From contig JBDLRP010000024.1 of NCBI GenBank assembly GCA_039799905.1, positions 1 through 64,000 on the forward strand: DNA of 64,000 nt. Direction: 5' to 3'. The position numbers and the translations under genes were made by a program. Shown here piece by piece: positions 60,126 through 64,000 of this stretch. The stretch comes from Pseudomonadota bacterium. GTDB lineage: Bacteria > Bdellovibrionota_B > Oligoflexia > Silvanigrellales > Silvanigrellaceae. The notes beneath the pieces were generated by a model. That model searched no databases, was not told where the DNA came from, and saw only the letters and a program-made list of their open reading frames with translations. Position 1 is the first letter of the stretch. Every line of letters begins with the position of its first letter.

Positions 60126-61286
60126 ATGTCTGCTTTTTTTGTGTGCGGTAACACGCTGATAGTAATGGCTCTGTTGGTAGGATGTGCGGATAAACAAAAA
60201 GTAGCCCCGCGCGCCGTTGAGTCGGGTAAAAATGTCGCCGCTGCGGATGGTAGGGAGCAAACACAGGAAGCGCCGCCGCAAGAGCAGGCTCCCGAGAAGG
60301 CTTTGTGGACCGTCTCCAACACACCCATCAAACACGAGTGCCAACCGCCGGCTGAAATGGGTTTCTATCCATCAAAGGGCCTTTCGCAAGAAAACAGATA
60401 TATGTTGTCTCGATTCGCTGCGATTGGCGGGCCGGCGTTTAAGTTCGAAGAAGTTTTTTTGCAGGGATTTTTCAAGACTGCGGAATTCTCGGGTCTGAAG
60501 GTCTTCGAGGACAAGGGCAAAGGCGTACAGGGATTCGTTGCGACGTCCGAGAAAGTCAATCTGGTTGTATTTCGCGGAACGCACAGCGCCGGCGGGTTGG
60601 TCACGGACATGAATTTTTTGTTGTCAAGAGCCTCGTTTGTCAACATGCAGGGCGGGGTGCACCGCGGATTCAAGGCAGCATTTGATGCGGTTAAACCTGC
60701 AATCAACGCAGCTCTCGACGTTCAAAATCGGCCCGACATTCCAACTTTCTACATCGGCCACAGTTTGGGCGGAGCACTGGCAATGCTCGCAGCAACCGAT
60801 GGTCTTGCAGGAAAAGTCAAAGTTGAGGGAGTTGTCACGCTCGGCCAGCCGCGCACTGGAAACTCAGCATTCAGCGAAAGCTTTGCCAAAGCGTTGGGTG
60901 AAAAATACTTCCGCTATGTGCATGCCAGAGATCTGGTGCCGCATCTTCCGCCGAGCACGGGTGCCGCCGACTCTGCTGCCTCGGCATTCAGTCAGAACAA
61001 TTTGCTCAAATTGGCTGTTCAGGGGGCTGGACTGCTTGGCTTCAGTCATGTGGGACAACTCGTTCACCTCGACAAGACTGGTTTGTTGTTGAGTCCTCCT
61101 GCGTCAGATGCGGCTTGGGACTCGAGTTATTGGGTATCCAATGCTGAAACGGTGCGGCAAACAGTGACTTCACTACCGAGCTTGGCTGGCAGTGCTGCGT
61201 CGCTGCAGTCGCTAGCGCAAAATAACCAGATCGCAGACCACGATCTGGAAAAGTACCTCTGTCAGATACTCAAGAACTCAAAATAA
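60126..61286 (+). CDS. Lipase class 3 family lipoprotein
   Basis: LVG-C lipobox, VVFRGT, VHRGF, GHSLGGA, GQPRTGN, DLVPHLPP, DH. Confidence 0.88.
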   Translation: MSAFFVCGNTLIVMALLVGCADKQKVAPRAVESGKNVAAADGREQTQEAPPQEQAPEKALWTVSNTPIKHECQPPAEMGFYPSKGLSQENRYMLSRFAAIGGPAFKFEEVFLQGFFKTAEFSGLKVFEDKGKGVQGFVATSEKVNLVVFRGTHSAGGLVTDMNFLLSRASFVNMQGGVHRGFKAAFDAVKPAINAALDVQNRPDIPTFYIGHSLGGALAMLAATDGLAGKVKVEGVVTLGQPRTGNSAFSESFAKALGEKYFRYVHARDLVPHLPPSTGAADSAASAFSQNNLLKLAVQGAGLLGFSHVGQLVHLDKTGLLLSPPASDAAWDSSYWVSNAETVRQTVTSLPSLAGSAASLQSLAQNNQIADHDLEKYLCQILKNSK

Positions 61287-61341
61287 TCCTGCTGCAGGAA
61301 CGTAACAGAGAGCAAACTCATTCGGAATCGCATGCGGCGCT

Positions 61342-62157
61342 TCAGGCCTTTGCGGGGCGCTGGCTTTCGGTCAGTTGATATCCAAAGCCATGTACGGTTT
61401 CGATCATTCCACCCGCGTCACCCAGTTTTTGCCTGAGACGTTTGACGTGTGTATCGACTGTGCGTGTGTTTAGCTGACCCTCGTAGCCCCAGACTCTCTG
61501 CAGCAGCGCGTCGCGGCTTTGCAGGCGTCCGGCACGCTCGGCAAGATAAAGTAACAGTTGATATTCGGTCGCTGTCAGTGCGACGATTTCTCCGGAAACG
61601 GTGACACGGAATTGCTCGGGATAAATCGTCAGCGGGCCTATTTGGATTGTTTTCTCCAGTCCCGTTTGTTCGGGAACGGTTGTTGAAGACTGAATTTGAG
61701 CCGTAGCCGGAATTTGTGAAACAGGGTGGCTTACCGAAGTATGAAAGCCAGTTCTGCGCATCAAAGCTTGCACACGCAGGAGGAGTTCGCGGGGCGAAAA
61801 AGGTTTGGTGATGTAGTCATCCGCGCCAGCCTCGAAGCCGTCGATTTTGTCGGATTCCTGAGATTTGGCTGTGAGCAAAATAACGGGGATTGACGCCAGT
61901 TCCGGCGTCGAACGGAGCTGACGCAGAACCTCGGTTCCCTCAGTATGGGGCAACATTACGTCGAGCAGGATGAGATGGGGCTTGAATTCAATGATTCTTG
62001 CCAAAGCATGTTCGCCGTCGAAGTGCGACGAGACTTCGTAATCTTTGCTGGACTCAAGTGTGAACTTGAGCAGGTTGTTGAGATCCCGATCATCTTCGAT
62101 GATCAAAACACGCGACTTTGGATCTTTTTGTGCGTGAATGTGGTTTGTCTCTGTCAC
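61342..62157 (-). CDS. PhoB-like OmpR family response regulator
   Basis: IIEDD, LLDVMLP, LTAK, GADDYITKPF, TRTVDTHVKRLRQKL, IETVHGFGY; GTG start after GGAGG. Confidence 0.9.
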   Translation of the reverse strand: MTETNHIHAQKDPKSRVLIIEDDRDLNNLLKFTLESSKDYEVSSHFDGEHALARIIEFKPHLILLDVMLPHTEGTEVLRQLRSTPELASIPVILLTAKSQESDKIDGFEAGADDYITKPFSPRELLLRVQALMRRTGFHTSVSHPVSQIPATAQIQSSTTVPEQTGLEKTIQIGPLTIYPEQFRVTVSGEIVALTATEYQLLLYLAERAGRLQSRDALLQRVWGYEGQLNTRTVDTHVKRLRQKLGDAGGMIETVHGFGYQLTESQRPAKA

Positions 62158-62221
62158 CCTATAACCTCCTGTGGGAACATAAGGTGTCTAACAGAAACTT
62201 CTGCAATTGCGGAAGTGTGCA

Positions 62222-62254
62222 ACAAAAATTCCACAGAAATGGCACAAAAAAGCC
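62222..62254. promoter_or_regulatory. Three direct repeats with 11-bp period upstream of the response regulator (Pho-box-like)
   Basis: ACAAAAATTCC / ACAGAAATGGC / ACAAAAAAGCC at 62222, 62233 and 62244. Confidence 0.45.
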
Positions 62255-62319
62255 CTAATTCGATGTGCTTTAAAGATACGCACAATGAATCAGGGCTTAG
62301 TTTGCATCAAAAAAACACT

Positions 62320-62805
62320 TCAGCCGCGTTCCGCAGCCTCTGTTCGTTGTTGTTTGATTTTTTCCTGCAATTGCATGATCCCGTCGATCACTGCTTCAGG
62401 AGTTGGCGGGCATCCCGGAACATAAACATCCACGGGTACGATGCGGTCGATGCCCTGTACGACGTGGTAAGCGCGATAAAAACCACCCGAAGACGCGCAG
62501 GCGCCCATCGAGAGAACCCACTTGGGTTCCGACATCTGGTCGTAAATGCGGCGCAAAACCGGTGCCATTTTCTCTGTAATTGTTCCCGCAACAACGAGCA
62601 GATCGGCCTGTCGCGGGCTGAAACGGACCACTTCGGCGCCAAAACGGGAGAGGTCGTATTTCGGTCCCATGACCGACATCAACTCAATTCCGCAGCAGGC
62701 AGTCCCGAACGGATAGGGCCAAAGTGAGTTGCGACGCGCCCAGTTGACGAACTGGTCGACCTGAGTCGTTAGGTAAAATTCGCTTCCGTAGCTGTGATGC
62801 TTCAT
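62320..62805 (-). CDS. nuoB: NADH-quinone oxidoreductase subunit B
   Basis: [43 protein letters not shown]. Confidence 0.95.
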   Translation of the reverse strand: MKHHSYGSEFYLTTQVDQFVNWARRNSLWPYPFGTACCGIELMSVMGPKYDLSRFGAEVVRFSPRQADLLVVAGTITEKMAPVLRRIYDQMSEPKWVLSMGACASSGGFYRAYHVVQGIDRIVPVDVYVPGCPPTPEAVIDGIMQLQEKIKQQRTEAAERG

Positions 62806-62898
62806 TGCAAGTCTCCGTGTCTGTGCACTTGAGCGGTTCTTAACTAATCATACGAGGTTGGTGTTTGTCGATGCCCGTCCGCCGAAAACACGCAGGGT

Positions 62899-63867
62899 TC
62901 ATGGGAGAAAAATTCTCAGACCAGCTTCGGCCTGCAGACCAACCTCGAGAGTATCTCCAAAACCCAACACACACGCCGTCACAGGACCGTCCACACAAAC
63001 GATGCCATGACGCATCCTGCTAATCAGCGTGACCGTCTCGCTGTTGCCGTCAAGGACAAGTTTGGTCAGCGACAGATGATGATTGGGTTGTGCATAAGGC
63101 TCGCGCACCGCCAGAAGGAACTGTTCTGCGCAGGCGTCCAGCACCCCGAGACCGTACGAGCGTATTGCCGCGGTACTTCCCGCAGGTGTCGACAACCACA
63201 GACCGCTGGAGAGCTGCTTTTCGCTGCGTTGACGCGGACCTTCAATGGTCAGATTGTATCTACTTGCAGATGCAGGGTGCTGGTGACCGAAGAAAATGTC
63301 ATTGAGCGCGTAGGGCAGAATTATTCCTGAGTGGGTGCGTGCGGACAATCGTCTGACAGTGCGTGGTTTGCGTCTTTCAGAGAGGATGTCGGCGAGGTCG
63401 TTTTCGAGTGTGTCGGGTATGGACGAACACAGATGACCAACGGAATGCTGCGGAACGGAGTTGACTCCAAGTATGCGCGTGTTGCCGCCGACAAAATGAC
63501 TGGTGCGCAGCAGGGTTCCATCACCCCCCACGCAAATCACCAAATCTTTCTTCGCAATCAAGCCACCATCACGACCTGCGATATAGTGCGCAGGGCCTCC
63601 AGTAGGGTGCTCCGCGAGGTCATCGAGGGTGTGAAGGCTGAAAGATAAATTGCGCTGGGTCAGCAGTGTCAGCAAATGATCGAGCGTCTGACAATGTTGA
63701 TCATGGGCTCGCTGGAGGGTTCCGTCGGTCTGTCCGTCGCCAAGAAAAAAGGTCTGGGCAGATTCTGTTTTGAAGTCTGCCGCGTAGCGTTCCAGTGCCG
63801 TCTTTTTTTGTACGACGACCACATCAGGAGGAACGCTGTTTTGTCCCCATGGGACGTAGACCGTCAT
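62899..63867 (-). CDS. nadK: NAD(+)/NADH kinase
   Basis: VGGDGTLL, GVNS, ALND, SSGLWLSTPAGSTA. Confidence 0.85.
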   Translation of the reverse strand: MTVYVPWGQNSVPPDVVVVQKKTALERYAADFKTESAQTFFLGDGQTDGTLQRAHDQHCQTLDHLLTLLTQRNLSFSLHTLDDLAEHPTGGPAHYIAGRDGGLIAKKDLVICVGGDGTLLRTSHFVGGNTRILGVNSVPQHSVGHLCSSIPDTLENDLADILSERRKPRTVRRLSARTHSGIILPYALNDIFFGHQHPASASRYNLTIEGPRQRSEKQLSSGLWLSTPAGSTAAIRSYGLGVLDACAEQFLLAVREPYAQPNHHLSLTKLVLDGNSETVTLISRMRHGIVCVDGPVTACVLGFGDTLEVGLQAEAGLRIFLP

Positions 63868-64000
63868 TAGCGCAGCAGCTCCATGTTGCGCTTGATGTCC
63901 TTGTTGTTCGTATAGATATCAAAGAGCTTGCGCTGCATCAGAGACAAATACGTTTGCGCCGCGAGCCGCTGATCCGCCGACTGCAGGCGTTTGAGCCGTT
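63867..64000 (-). CDS. 3' end of a CDS truncated by the window edge (...RLKRLQSADQRLAAQTYLSLMQRKLFDIYTNNKDIKRNMELLR*)
   Basis: Open frame on the minus strand ending in TAA that overlaps the NAD kinase ATG (TAATG). Confidence 0.6.
   Translation of the reverse strand, partial: RLKRLQSADQRLAAQTYLSLMQRKLFDIYTNNKDIKRNMELLR

Overview
Gene-dense 64 kb bacterial chromosome segment. I saw no rRNA, tRNA, CRISPR array, integrase or transposase. The many uncharacterised lipoproteins, tandem DUF3015 genes and secreted protease and lipase suggest a Bdellovibrionota/Oligoflexia-like organism (inference only). Housekeeping genes: rel (RelA/SpoT), hemB, hemL, clpP-clpX-lon, truA, uvrB, asnS, pyrG, dtd, nuoB, NAD kinase, oligoendopeptidase F, a TetR-TolC-MFP-RND efflux operon and a split PhoR/PhoB-like pair. 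The most interesting loci are: (1) a secreted GH1 enzyme closely resembling plant chloroplast SFR2 galactolipid galactosyltransferase; (2) a TerC / NhaR-like LysR / GGQ-less baeRF3 (Balon-like) / HPF cassette that looks like an ion- or pH-stress ribosome-hibernation module; (3) an orphan BufA2-like Cys-rich metallophore precursor divergent from oxyR; (4) a minus-strand run with an AsnB-type amidotransferase, a membrane histidine kinase-receiver-adenylate cyclase fusion and a possible double lysozyme-inhibitor protein. All family calls come from motif recognition by eye, not database searches. Start codons were adjusted by eye where the ORF track over-extends.
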